In this document: in pieces, positions 1-9,327 of the stretch
Numbering within the stretch: position 1 is the stretch's first letter
Layout: the number at the start of each line of letters is the position of its first letter
Origin: a virus
Reading direction: 5' to 3' (one strand)
IMG/VR virus record: IMGVR_UViG_3300007094_000006
Coordinates: 1-64,000 of that record
Length of the DNA stretch: 64,000 nucleotides
The notes under the pieces: model-generated
Seen by the model: only the letters and a program-made list of their open reading frames with translations
What the model was told of the DNA's origin: nothing
Database searches by the model: none
Translations under genes and position numbers: made by a program

Positions 1-1394
1 GGGGGGGGGTAATTTTATTTTTTTTTATCCTTCCCCACTTCAATTAACACACTGAAAAACGCCTAAAATTAGATATTCGTACCTTTCAGGAGCATTTGGA
101 AGCTACGAGTACCTTTGAGTACCCTTAGTTTAGAGGTTTCCCTAATTGTCTTTTTTTGAAAATCTTTGGTTATTCTGGGGGTTCTGGCTTTGTGAACTCT
201 GAGTGATAGGTATAAATACTTAGACCACGGGCTTAACCGTTCTTTCCTAATCTTCCCATTCAGACAATAACACTTCAACAGTTAGGGACTTTTTAGCCAT
301 TTTAGACCATTAAACCCATTTAGGCTATATTCTCACCATTTTAAGGATTTTAAGTTTACAGGGCTATTTTCCACCCCTTCCTCACACTCCATCCCTCCTA
401 GACAATACCACGTTTAACCTATCAGGTTATGGTTTAACCATATTAAGCATAAGGCAAAAAAAAAAAAATTAAAAGTGTTGAAATCCGCTCTGAGAAAGGC
501 TTTGGGGTGGAAAACCTTTTGGGAAATGGAAAACCTAAAAAAAACCTCTTGACATTTCGCTCAAATCATATTATGATGATAAGCATGGATACGAGACTAG
601 GAAACCCTAGGGTCTTGAAACATTTAACCTATCGAAAAAAAGGATATATTATATATATATGCGCGATTTTTGTGCAAAATTGGCTGAAACCTATACGCTG
701 TAAGGGTTTCACGGTTTGGAATAGGTAAGGCTAAACAACAAAACCCTGAAAACACCTCAAAAGGGGATGTCCTATGCCAAAACACAACTTAATGAAAAAC
801 TAAATCTCCAAAGGTACTTAAAGGTACTTGTAGCTCCTGAATACTCGCAAAAGGTACGAATATCTAATTTTTGGGGTTTTTCAGTGTGTTGATTCGATAT
901 ACCCCACATAAAAAAAATAAAGTTACCCCCCCCACTACATAGTACAAAGCAGACCAAACCCATACTGTGACTGAGTTTTATTGATTTTTTAAATGCACTT
1001 TAGGAGTACAAAAAATTTAAAACCCTTGATATGATTGAGTTTTATTGATTTTTAAAAAGTAGTACAGTCTGGGTGTCACATTTTAAAAATTTAAAAGTTG
1101 GCAAAATATGGCATGAAATATTTAAAGGTACTCAAAGGTACTTGTAGCTCCTGAATACTCTTAAAAGGTACGAATATCTAATTTTTGGGGTTTTTCAGTG
1201 TGTCGATTAGATATACCATACATAAAAAAAATAAAGTTACCCCCCCTACTACATAGTACAAAGCAGACCAAACCCATACTGTGACTGAGTTTTATTGATT
1301 TTTAAATGGTACTTTAGGAGTACCAAAAAATTGAAACCCTTGATATGACTGAATCTTATTGATTTTTTAAAAGTAGTACAGGCTGGGTGTCACA
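1..1394. repeat. Non-coding module A: inverted arm (1-~125, cut by window edge), core, then two tandem arms (810-1080, 1124-1394; period ~314 bp)
   Basis: 1-125 is the reverse complement of ~810-930. Arms carry AAAAAAATAAAGTTACCCCCCCYACTACATAGTACAAA, two GAGTTTTATTGATTTT boxes and AGTAGTACAG, all shared with modules B and C. Confidence 0.9.
549..577 (+). promoter_or_regulatory. Sigma70-type promoter in module A core, with the late motif CGCTCAAA inside its spacer
   Basis: TTGACA(549)-17bp-TATGAT(572); CGCTCAAA at 558; no credible ORF downstream. Confidence 0.7.
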
Positions 1395-1544
1395 TTAAGT
1401 AGAGAATAAACAAACGGTAGACACTTCTAAGAACGGTTAACTGAGAAATCTAAAAAACGGTTAACAGAGCGAAAAAAGACAGAATTTGCCATATAAAGTT
1501 ATATGGACTAAAAATTTAGGTGTCACAGTGGGGGCATTATTTCG

Positions 1545-2033
1545 ATGAAAGGAAAAACAAATAAAACCAAAGAAGAAATCAAAACACAAACAGAAACGTT
1601 GTTTGAAATTTACAAGCTAGGCGGGGTATCAGTTAGAAGTTTAGCAGAACGATATGGGATTCCGTGGACAACCTTAAGAGACCGATTCAAAAATAGGTAT
1701 GGAAAAATCTATACCAAATATAGGGCTGATGAGGGGACGATTCACGGAATCGTAAAAGAATACATGACTAAATTAAAAGGTAAACAATTAAAGGTGGTTT
1801 CTGATTGGTACAAAGAACATAAACAGGAACTGTTGTTAATGTCGTTAGATGACCAATTAGACCCAAATAGAACTAAAATCTATACCGAGCATCGCATGGA
1901 TACTGAAACAAAAGCTCAATGCAGATTGCCGTACAGTTTGGGAGATTCGCCATATTTGACGGGCAAGTATGCACCGGTAATCGATGGTGAAGATATTGAT
2001 GGTGATTTGCCGATAACTTGGTGGGATGCTTGA
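1545..2033 (+). CDS. HTH DNA-binding protein
   Basis: SVRSLAERYGIPWTTLRDRF helix-turn-helix; lies right after module A and AACGGTTAAC repeats (1413-1465). Confidence 0.7.
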   Translation: MKGKTNKTKEEIKTQTETLFEIYKLGGVSVRSLAERYGIPWTTLRDRFKNRYGKIYTKYRADEGTIHGIVKEYMTKLKGKQLKVVSDWYKEHKQELLLMSLDDQLDPNRTKIYTEHRMDTETKAQCRLPYSLGDSPYLTGKYAPVIDGEDIDGDLPITWWDA

Positions 2034-2037
2034 AAAT

Positions 2038-2044
2038 CGCCCAA
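2038..2044 (+). promoter_or_regulatory. Putative phage late-promoter motif CGCYCA(A/T), first of many copies
   Basis: Recurs upstream of virion/late genes at 6121, 7179, 8927, 10847, 22375, 32092, 33237, 35425, 36901, 38380, 41300, 41648, 50770, 55844; on minus strand at 22191, 57535 and 63680 (CGCCCAC variant). Confidence 0.75.
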
Positions 2045-2117
2045 ATTAATAGTGAGGTGCGAAACGTTTAGAGTTTCAACCTAAGTCCTTTTTAATAATC
2101 AAAGTAGGTGATCAAAT

Positions 2118-2417
2118 ATGCCTTTAGTATACACTCCCGCAGTCAGAGGGGGAGCAAATCCAGCCAGTGGTAGCTATCTACTAGACCCTCAATATGTAAA
2201 TAGTGGTGTAGATATTCTACAAGCAACCTATGGCTATAATATTAATGGTTCGGCAAATGCTGACCAATTGTTGCAACGAGATGCTATTTTAGCTATTCTT
2301 GAATATGCTCTTAAAGATACAGCTTTTGTAAATGCTATTCAGGCTGTTGCGGCTGGTAGTGGTGTTACTACACCTGCTAGTTTTGTAAGTGCCTGTGTAA
2401 CTAAACTTACAGCTTAG
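2118..2417 (+). CDS. Probable capsid cement/decoration protein
   Basis: 99 aa, Ala/Gly-rich, own late motif, RBS and terminator; recalled resemblance to Mic1 cement protein (unverified). Confidence 0.55.
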   Translation: MPLVYTPAVRGGANPASGSYLLDPQYVNSGVDILQATYGYNINGSANADQLLQRDAILAILEYALKDTAFVNAIQAVAAGSGVTTPASFVSACVTKLTA

Positions 2418-2670
2418 ATTTCTCCTGTGTTTTTCTCTAAAAGCCAATTCTTGAAGGTATTGGCTTTTTTTTAGGAATAAATAAAAATGGAATTAGTTTT
2501 AGTGACTGGCTTGATTTTAGGTTTTTTTATTATTTTGTTCGGAATGTTTTTAGTCACAGTTGTAGCCCTAAACAAAGTTAAAGAAGACTTTGCTCCAACA
2601 ATTGACGATGAGATTGATAATTTTTTAATGATGAGCCAAGCGAACGATAACTGATAAATATTAGCACATC

Positions 2671-2937
2671 CTAATCAGCTTCGCAATCTAGCAGAAAAGA
2701 CCACAGATAATTTTTATGTTTGTTAAAACTATTTAACATCTCGTAAACCTTTTGAGTGTCATAAACATATGGAAAGACACCAGTGTATGGTTGGTGATAA
2801 TATATTTTGCAATAAAGTCCGTCTTCGCTTATTAATAAATGACAGTCTAATTGTTCTAGCTTATTCTCAAGTTTTAAAGCAAATTCTTTTACGGTAGGGG
2901 TAAGAAGGCAAAAATTGAAGGCGTTGTAAAATTCCAT
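2671..2937 (-). CDS. Hypothetical protein (likely start MEFYNAF)
   Basis: The upstream part of the called ORF is translated heptamer repeat; shares a YD..(V/L)(Y/F)..L.SF...LW....CE pattern with the 4290-4943 protein. Confidence 0.6.
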   Translation of the reverse strand: MEFYNAFNFCLLTPTVKEFALKLENKLEQLDCHLLISEDGLYCKIYYHQPYTGVFPYVYDTQKVYEMLNSFNKHKNYLWSFLLDCEAD

Positions 2938-2961
2938 TTGATTTCTCCTGTTAATTTCTTG

Positions 2962-3010
2962 CTGACAACTGATAACCGATAACCGATAACTGATAACTGA
3001 TAACTGATAA
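2962..3010 (+). repeat. Microcystis-type heptamer repeat (CTGATAA)x7; second degenerate array at 3505-3532
   Basis: ctgacaa ctgataa ccgataa ccgataa ctgataa ctgataa ctgataa. Confidence 0.9.
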
Positions 3011-3469
3011 CTAAGTAAATAATTTTGATGCAGTTGCCAACAGATAGACCCACTCTTCTTCAAGCATTAATTCCATTTTAGAAGAGTCAGCTATATCAAA
3101 TAAGCAAAAGTCAACTTCGTCTATACGAACACCGTCGTAATATAACTCAATATCAGTCTCTGGAAATACTGTCATAAAGCCAAATTTAAACGCGGCATTT
3201 TGACGATTTTCGCAGGTTAGTGTAGCTGAATGGTCTGAATTTACTTTTAACTTCCAGTTAATAAGTGAGGGAAAGTCTTCCTTGAAATGAGTTTCATTTA
3301 CCCATTTAGCAATTTCATCTATTATCCTTTCTTGACCTTTTTGAATAAAATAATAGATTCCTTCTGAATATCGAAACGGATAAATTAACTTTGTTTCGTA
3401 CCAGTTTAGCTTAAATTCTTGCGGCTCCGAGTCAATTTTAGGGAATTGTCCTATGTCGATTTTGGTCAT
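3011..3469 (-). CDS. Hypothetical protein (likely start MTKIDIG)
   Basis: ORF track; the N-terminal extension overlaps heptamer repeats. Confidence 0.55.
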   Translation of the reverse strand: MTKIDIGQFPKIDSEPQEFKLNWYETKLIYPFRYSEGIYYFIQKGQERIIDEIAKWVNETHFKEDFPSLINWKLKVNSDHSATLTCENRQNAAFKFGFMTVFPETDIELYYDGVRIDEVDFCLFDIADSSKMELMLEEEWVYLLATASKLFT

Positions 3470-3546
3470 GAAAAATTTTGGGTTTGTTTGCTTGCTTGAT
3501 GAAACTGACAACTGATAACTGAAAACTGAGGACTGTGGAGTGTTGT

Positions 3547-4143
3547 TCACATTTCGCACACGACCCGAAAACCAATAAAATAGTGACTATGGTCATGGAA
3601 GCCAAAATTGTGGTAGCGAACAGCACTTCGACAACTATAAAAATCGCTTAAAAAAGAACCGCCACGATAAAAACCATTTTCGCACCATTCCCAGACGTTC
3701 CCGTGCATATCAAACAAACCCCAAGCATTTGGCTTTTTCTGTCTCACAGGATGAGTTGTATTTTGAGAATTTCGACCATACCACGCAAAATTCTGTAGCT
3801 GAGTGACATCATCACCAAAACAGAAATCAGTAGAAGAACCAGCACGACAAGCGTATTCCCATTCGACATCTGTAGGTAGGCGATAGGTTTTACCTGTTAA
3901 TTGACTCAATTTCTGACAAAAAGCTTGAGCGTCGTCAAAACTAACCATTTCTACTGGATTTTGGGGATTGTTTTGGCGATAAGAGGGGTTGTTTCCCATT
4001 AGTGCTTGATATTGCGCCTGAGTGACTGGATATTTGCCAAAACTCAAATTACCCATTTGACGAATTTGAACTAATTCAATAGAACAGCAATCTTTCTGCT
4101 CTTTTTGAATATTGGCTGGTTGAACTGTCTTTTTACTAGGCAT
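3547..4143 (-). CDS. FGE-sulfatase (C-type lectin fold) domain protein
   Basis: GKYPVTQAQY, YRLPTDVEWEYACRAG, PNAWGLFDMHGNVWEWC, RGGS...GFRV. Confidence 0.92.
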   Translation of the reverse strand: MPSKKTVQPANIQKEQKDCCSIELVQIRQMGNLSFGKYPVTQAQYQALMGNNPSYRQNNPQNPVEMVSFDDAQAFCQKLSQLTGKTYRLPTDVEWEYACRAGSSTDFCFGDDVTQLQNFAWYGRNSQNTTHPVRQKKPNAWGLFDMHGNVWEWCENGFYRGGSFLSDFYSCRSAVRYHNFGFHDHSHYFIGFRVVCEM

Positions 4144-4289
4144 CGTGAATTACTCCCGGTTAACAGAATATTTAGGGTTGTTTTTGAGTTTTCAATTAAT
4201 TAAGCAATTGATTGCTTTTTAGTTGCTTATTTTCCTGTAGGAGTAGATGAATCTCGCATTCCAAGTCGTGAACGCGTTGTTTTAAATTA

Positions 4290-4943
4290 TTAACCCACGC
4301 TTGGCTGTATTCTTTGCTCTGTTCTAATTCTTGATTGCTCTGTTCTAATTCTTGATTTTTTTTTCTCCAGAACTTGATACTCTTCTTGTAGTTGTTTGAT
4401 CCACTTGTTAAAATGTGCTGTTTCTGAAGTGATATATTTTAGGCACTCTTGATACTCCCGTTCTTTTGAGAAAGCTAACGATTTGATTGACTCTTTTAGT
4501 TGCTTATTTTCCCGTTCCAATTCATGGACGTAAGCTGTTAAGTGATGTTCTTGGACAGGTTCACTCAGTAACCAATCAACAAGCGCAACTTGTTGTTTTT
4601 CGGAAAAAGTCAATTCTTCATTGGTCTTTAATTCATTATCGTTTTCCTGATTTCCGGGAATATACTCACAGGACTGAATATAATCCCATAAATCATTAAA
4701 TTTAGCGCAATCGTCTTGATTAAAACTTTCTAGTGCGTCAAAAAGCCTGTGTGGGTCATAATCTGCAATGCGTGACCCTTGCCCTTTGATCGCAACATAA
4801 TCACTGTTGTCGGTAACGGTGATTATCCCGTGTTTTCCTTTAAAATAATCTTTATTGACTTTGTTGAGGGTTTTTTCGATATGTTTAATCAGGGACAGTC
4901 TTTCGCAGTCGTAAACCAGCCAATCATGATTAATGTTAGCCAT
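4290..4943 (-). CDS. Hypothetical coiled-coil protein, probably extending to ~4196 across a homopolymer indel
   Basis: Promoter TTGACT(5006)-17-TAAGAT(4983) puts the start at 4943; removing one T from T9 (4356-4364) continues the coiled coil. Confidence 0.6.
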   Translation of the reverse strand: MANINHDWLVYDCERLSLIKHIEKTLNKVNKDYFKGKHGIITVTDNSDYVAIKGQGSRIADYDPHRLFDALESFNQDDCAKFNDLWDYIQSCEYIPGNQENDNELKTNEELTFSEKQQVALVDWLLSEPVQEHHLTAYVHELERENKQLKESIKSLAFSKEREYQECLKYITSETAHFNKWIKQLQEEYQVLEKKKSRIRTEQSRIRTEQRIQPSVG

Positions 4944-5040
4944 TATTATTACCTCTTGTGTTTGTTTGTCTAGATTTATCTTACAAGATTCTCCCAATAA
5001 AGTCAACTATCGGGGAAAATTATTTTTCTGAACAGATTTA

Positions 5041-5493
5041 CTACTTCTTTGTGTGAAGCGTTGAAGTTGAGATGTTTTGAGTCTTCAAGAAGGCTTCGAT
5101 TGTGTCGATTGCTTTCATTATAGCACTTAAATCCTCAGTAGTGTGCAAAGAGAGATTTTCAGACCATTCGGAAATGGCTTTTACTTGTTTTTTTAGGCGG
5201 AGGATGCAAGAAAAGTTCTCATAGAGCTTTTGAATAGCCTCAGTGACTAAAACAGCATCGACACCACCATAGGAACCCGAAAAATGATAGAAAGCAATGC
5301 CGTCTTGATAATAAGGTGTACGGTCTAGGGTAAACACGACATTTTTAAGTCTTCGGCTATTGACACATAAAGCACGACAGCGTTTAGCAGTTATGTGGTC
5401 GATACGGAATATTCTAAAATATTCGCTCCCGAATGATTCTTCGGCAAAACCAATACTTGCAACTTTGTCACCAATATCTAATATTTTAGTCAT
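5041..5493 (-). CDS. Hypothetical protein, paralog of 5486-6037
   Basis: Both begin L.IGDK and have F....(I/V)T.K.AR-like segments. Confidence 0.65.
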   Translation of the reverse strand: MTKILDIGDKVASIGFAEESFGSEYFRIFRIDHITAKRCRALCVNSRRLKNVVFTLDRTPYYQDGIAFYHFSGSYGGVDAVLVTEAIQKLYENFSCILRLKKQVKAISEWSENLSLHTTEDLSAIMKAIDTIEAFLKTQNISTSTLHTKK

Positions 5494-6037
5494 TGAAAGC
5501 CTCCAAAATTTGACTTAGGGAATTTACTTGCAAAATCGCTAGTTCCGTCTCGGAAAAAACAAGGACTTTAGATTTAGAAAGTGTCAAACTATCCAAATTT
5601 TTAGATAGCTGACTTAAAAACTCGAAAGTTTTTAAATGAAACTGAAGGTTATCAAGGTTTAAAGATTCTAATTGGGTACTCAAACTGTGAATATATCGTT
5701 TGATTTTGAGGTATAAGACTGCTTGAAGGTATTTTCTTTTACAGACTTCATCCCAAAGCCACAGATAATCAAAGCTAGAGGAGAAAGCAGGGTGATGTTG
5801 TCCTCTCCAATTAGCTAAAAATCTAGAGTCACGAGGGACTAAGGTACGATAAACTGTGTAATTAGACGATTGTTTGTAGTCCTTCATGTTAAAAGGTTTG
5901 TAGTCATTTATGTCAAAAGGTTGAATACGAGCAAATTTAGGAGTAACTGAGTGAACTACGAAAACAAAAGGGATGGCTGATAAACTGTATACCTTTTTTT
6001 CGAGACCAAATAATTTATCACCAATATTTAATTCCAT
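5486..6037 (-). CDS. Hypothetical early protein
   Basis: ORF behind minus-strand TTGACA(6103)-17-TATATT(6080). Confidence 0.7.
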   Translation of the reverse strand: MELNIGDKLFGLEKKVYSLSAIPFVFVVHSVTPKFARIQPFDINDYKPFNMKDYKQSSNYTVYRTLVPRDSRFLANWRGQHHPAFSSSFDYLWLWDEVCKRKYLQAVLYLKIKRYIHSLSTQLESLNLDNLQFHLKTFEFLSQLSKNLDSLTLSKSKVLVFSETELAILQVNSLSQILEAFND

Positions 6038-6178
6038 AAAAAATTAGGTGTGGCTGTTGAACTTGGATGAAACTAATATATCAGATTTTGGAAGACTTGT
6101 CAAGGGGTTTTTGAAAAAATCGCTCAAAACATTTCCGGTAATCTAAAATTAAGCTAAAATTAAGCTAAAAATCAAAAT

Positions 6179-6817
6179 ATGACGTTAGAAGAATTAAAGG
6201 CATTATTGGAAGAATCACAAGCCTCGCTATTAGAGCAAGTACAGACCAGTTTAAAGGGAATGAAAGGGGAAATTCTCCAAGAAGTGGACAAGAAAAATTC
6301 TGGCACAGTCAGTAGTATATTAAAAAGTTTAAAACCTAAAGAAGAAAAAGTGCCAGTTTTGGAGGAAAAAGCACCAGTTTTGGAAGAAAAAGCACCAGTA
6401 CAGGAAGAAGAGAAAACTAAATTAAGTTTAAAAGCATTGGAAAGACAAATTGCAGATTTTAAAGCGCAGTTAGAAGAAAAAGACAAGAAATTACTACTAA
6501 AAGAATTGGACGGCAATCTATTAAGTGCTTTAAATGGTAAAAAAGTTTTAAATAGTGGAATTGCTTTGAAGGCTTTTAAATTAGAGAATGAGGGCAATTT
6601 ACAGCAAGAAGACGGTATCTGGTATGTCAAAAACGGAGAATCTGTAGTTTCGTTAGATACGGCAGTAGATAAATTTTTAGAAACCGATTTTGGAAAAACC
6701 CTACTACCTCCTACGTCTAAAGCAAGAGGTAGCGGGTTAAAACCTCAAAACACAATGGTAGCCCCTAAAGAAGATAGTAAAAAGAATAGCCTTGATGATT
6801 TGTTTTTAGAGGACTAA
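6179..6817 (+). CDS. Capsid scaffolding protein
   Basis: Charged coiled coil, GSG near C-terminus, upstream of capsid gene, late motif at 6121. Confidence 0.7.
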   Translation: MTLEELKALLEESQASLLEQVQTSLKGMKGEILQEVDKKNSGTVSSILKSLKPKEEKVPVLEEKAPVLEEKAPVQEEEKTKLSLKALERQIADFKAQLEEKDKKLLLKELDGNLLSALNGKKVLNSGIALKAFKLENEGNLQQEDGIWYVKNGESVVSLDTAVDKFLETDFGKTLLPPTSKARGSGLKPQNTMVAPKEDSKKNSLDDLFLED

Positions 6818-6828
6818 GCCCGAAAAAT

Positions 6829-7113
6829 TCAATAGATAGTTAAACATTGGAGAGCAAGCACAAATTTCACTAAAGTTGCTTGTTCTTTGATGTTTAAGCT
6901 ACGATTTTTAAATTTTTCAAAATCAAAAACCGCCGCTTCAACCATATTGGAAAGAATTAAAGGAAAATCGAAAATAAAAACATCAGAAGTATCAGAATCA
7001 GGTGGTTGAAGGTCTATCCAATAGTCCCAACTGGTGTCTGAAGTTGGATAGACTTCAAAATGAAGATGGATAGAATCGGAATGTTTATTAAATTCTAAAT
7101 TTTTGAGAAACAT
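6829..7113 (-). CDS. Hypothetical protein (likely start MFLKNLEF)
   Basis: Fills the gap between scaffold and capsid genes on the opposite strand. Confidence 0.55.
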   Translation of the reverse strand: MFLKNLEFNKHSDSIHLHFEVYPTSDTSWDYWIDLQPPDSDTSDVFIFDFPLILSNMVEAAVFDFEKFKNRSLNIKEQATLVKFVLALQCLTIY

Positions 7114-7282
7114 TTTGGAAACCTCGTCTGTTTTTTCTATGATAGCACAGGTTAGGAAAATTTTCAAAAAAAAAAATTCGCCCAAGACTAATTTTAGAGT
7201 GCGACTACAGGCATATTTAACTTGTAGATACCGTTGCCCCGGATAAAGTGCAAAAGAAAAATCTACAACAAACACAAAGAAA

Positions 7283-8329
7283 ATGGCAAAGTTAAATTTA
7301 GCTGTACTCAATAACGTTTTTTCGGAGTTATTGACTCAAGAAATTAATCGTAGTGCAACGTTTTTAGGATTATTAAGCAAGTTTCCCGAACGCAAATCAA
7401 ACATCCAATGGGGTGTAGGAATGGGTGGGACTACCGCAACTGGGGTAGCGATTACTGGTTCTGCACCTGCGGCTTCAATGGATGCAACGTTACCTGCTCA
7501 ATTGCCTATTAGTGCGGCAAGTGTGCAATCAACTTTTACGCTAAATCTGAAGGAAATCGAAGAGTCTAAAGAACAAGTGACCAATGAGGAATTGCGTAAT
7601 TTGTTGGAAACTCAAATGCGAAATGCAGTTGAAGAAATTGCGACTACCCTGAACAAAAAATTGTATGAAGGTTCCGGAGCTATTGCAGATGGGGGTCTAA
7701 TTGGGTTATCAATTGCGGCTTCTGGACAAGACTACGCGGGTATTTCCAGTGCAACCTATCCATTATGGAATGTCTCTGAAGTAGATGCGTGGGATGCTAC
7801 TGCAACTGGTACGGATAAGCGTCAAGCATTAAAAACTGATTTTATGTTAGAGCTAGACCGTAAAATCCGTTATCGACCCGGTGCATATGACCTTATCTTG
7901 ACGACTCCTAAAGTGGTAGAGCAGTACAAAAAGGTTTTTGAAGCTAATCGTAGCTATCAAATCATCACTTTTGACGGTCAGCGTGTACCTTTAATTGACT
8001 TAGGATTTAATGTAGCAGGGTACATGGGACGACCTATTATTGATGACGTATTCTGTTCTCGGACTCGGACTGCCGCAGAATCGGCTATCACTACTGCGCT
8101 AGGAACTGCCGTAGATGAAGGTGTAATGTATTTTCTGAAAAAAGACGATTTACGCTTCTATTCTACTCCTGTAGCTGGAGCTTTTTCTGCCAATGGTGTA
8201 TATACCTTAATGCGTCAGTTAGCCCAAACTTCCTTGTATGTTGATAACTTTGTAGTTGGTTGTATTCCTCAATTACAGTTAACTACTCGTAAGAATGTAG
8301 GGGTTATTAAAAATATTAAGGTAGGGTAG
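7283..8329 (+). CDS. Major capsid protein (HK97-type)
   Basis: 348 aa; LYEGSG..GGLIGL, YAGIS..YP.W, GYMGRPIIDD; follows scaffold; terminator after. Confidence 0.85.
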   Translation: MAKLNLAVLNNVFSELLTQEINRSATFLGLLSKFPERKSNIQWGVGMGGTTATGVAITGSAPAASMDATLPAQLPISAASVQSTFTLNLKEIEESKEQVTNEELRNLLETQMRNAVEEIATTLNKKLYEGSGAIADGGLIGLSIAASGQDYAGISSATYPLWNVSEVDAWDATATGTDKRQALKTDFMLELDRKIRYRPGAYDLILTTPKVVEQYKKVFEANRSYQIITFDGQRVPLIDLGFNVAGYMGRPIIDDVFCSRTRTAAESAITTALGTAVDEGVMYFLKKDDLRFYSTPVAGAFSANGVYTLMRQLAQTSLYVDNFVVGCIPQLQLTTRKNVGVIKNIKVG

Positions 8330-8383
8330 ATTCACCTCTAATTCCTAAAATTAAAGCAGGACTGTTTGCCTGCTTTTTTTGTT

Positions 8384-8662
8384 TTAATTAATATCAAAAT
8401 CTCCGGGGTCAAAACAAAAAGTCTTAACTAAAGATTCGGTCAAATCTTGCAAATCTTTTAGAAATTCAAGTTCTAACGTATCCAAAAGTTTTAAATCGTT
8501 AGAGGCTTGTGCTTTGAGAATCTGAAGAATATGACGTTTCAAGATAAGTCTTTCCCTCTTGATTAAGGTATCAGAGTTGATTAATTCTGCTTCAACTTCC
8601 AATATCCTTCTATTTAAGAAATCCTTTATTTTAGTTAAGTTTTTAAAACTATTTGAAGCCAT
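8384..8662 (-). CDS. Hypothetical protein, paralog of 8649-8858
   Basis: Shared I.DFL..I.E...L...ILQ pattern. Confidence 0.65.
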   Translation of the reverse strand: MASNSFKNLTKIKDFLNRRILEVEAELINSDTLIKRERLILKRHILQILKAQASNDLKLLDTLELEFLKDLQDLTESLVKTFCFDPGDFDIN

Positions 8663-8858
8663 GATTTTCTCCTTTTTCTAGCCTTTTCAGATTGTGGAGT
8701 GTCCTTGTTTTGAAACTTTGAAGAATCTTTCTTTGAATTAACAAGCTATTTTGTGTGAACTGACCATTAGGTAGATTCAATTTGCTATCTATTTCTTGAA
8801 TTTTTGTATCAAGAAAGTCTCTTATCCTTTTTAAGCTTTTCAGTCTATTGAGAGACAA
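8649..8858 (-). CDS. Hypothetical early protein
   Basis: Minus-strand TTGACA(8919)-17-TATACT(8896) upstream. Confidence 0.65.
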   Translation of the reverse strand: MSLNRLKSLKRIRDFLDTKIQEIDSKLNLPNGQFTQNSLLIQRKILQSFKTRTLHNLKRLEKGENHGFK

Positions 8859-8962
8859 AGGGAGATTTCCTTTTTCTAAGGGACAAACATAGTATAACAG
8901 AGATTTTAAAATCTGTCAAGGGGTTTCGCCCAAAAAAAAAGATAGAGTTAAAAGTAAAAAAA

Positions 8963-9325
8963 ATGTTATTTAGTCCCGAAGAAGTAGCGAGAATTAGATT
9001 GTTGTTAGGATACGAAGAGTTTCCAAAATACGAACAAGACATTAATATTGCGCTTGAAAAAATTAAAGACGAAATCAGATATGATAGAGTGATTGCACTG
9101 GTAGATAAAATAGAGGAGATTGATGGAAAAATTCAACAATATGTAGAAAAACTCTATGTTGTGGAAGTTGAAGGTATTAAATTGCAATACCAAAGCATCA
9201 TAGATGGACTAAAAAAAGAAGGGACGAGACGATTAAAAGAATTAGCCCACCAAACGGCATTAGATGTACGGTATAACCCTTTTAAAGGCGGTGGGCATGG
9301 ATTTTCCTTCGTCAGTTTTCCTTGA
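8963..9325 (+). CDS. Probable head-tail connector/adaptor
   Basis: 120 aa helical, RIRLLLGY N-terminus, late motif at 8927, near capsid gene. Confidence 0.5.
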   Translation: MLFSPEEVARIRLLLGYEEFPKYEQDINIALEKIKDEIRYDRVIALVDKIEEIDGKIQQYVEKLYVVEVEGIKLQYQSIIDGLKKEGTRRLKELAHQTALDVRYNPFKGGGHGFSFVSFP

Positions 9326-9327
9326 GA

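Noticed and set aside
680-730. CRISPR leader-like palindrome GAAACC..GGTTTC and AATAGGTAAGG resembling a cyanobacterial repeat end
   Set aside because: Single short match; no repeat-spacer array and no cas genes
69-963. Short ORFs within modules (69, 507, 772; also 34299, 35141, 60875)
   Set aside because: Translations of repeat arms, with inconsistent frames between copies
3547-4143. Complete DGR cassette
   Set aside because: No reverse transcriptase, Avd or template repeat found in the window
4356-4364. Frameshift in T9 run as programmed recoding
   Set aside because: A single homopolymer indel restores the coiled coil; similar indels elsewhere suggest sequencing error
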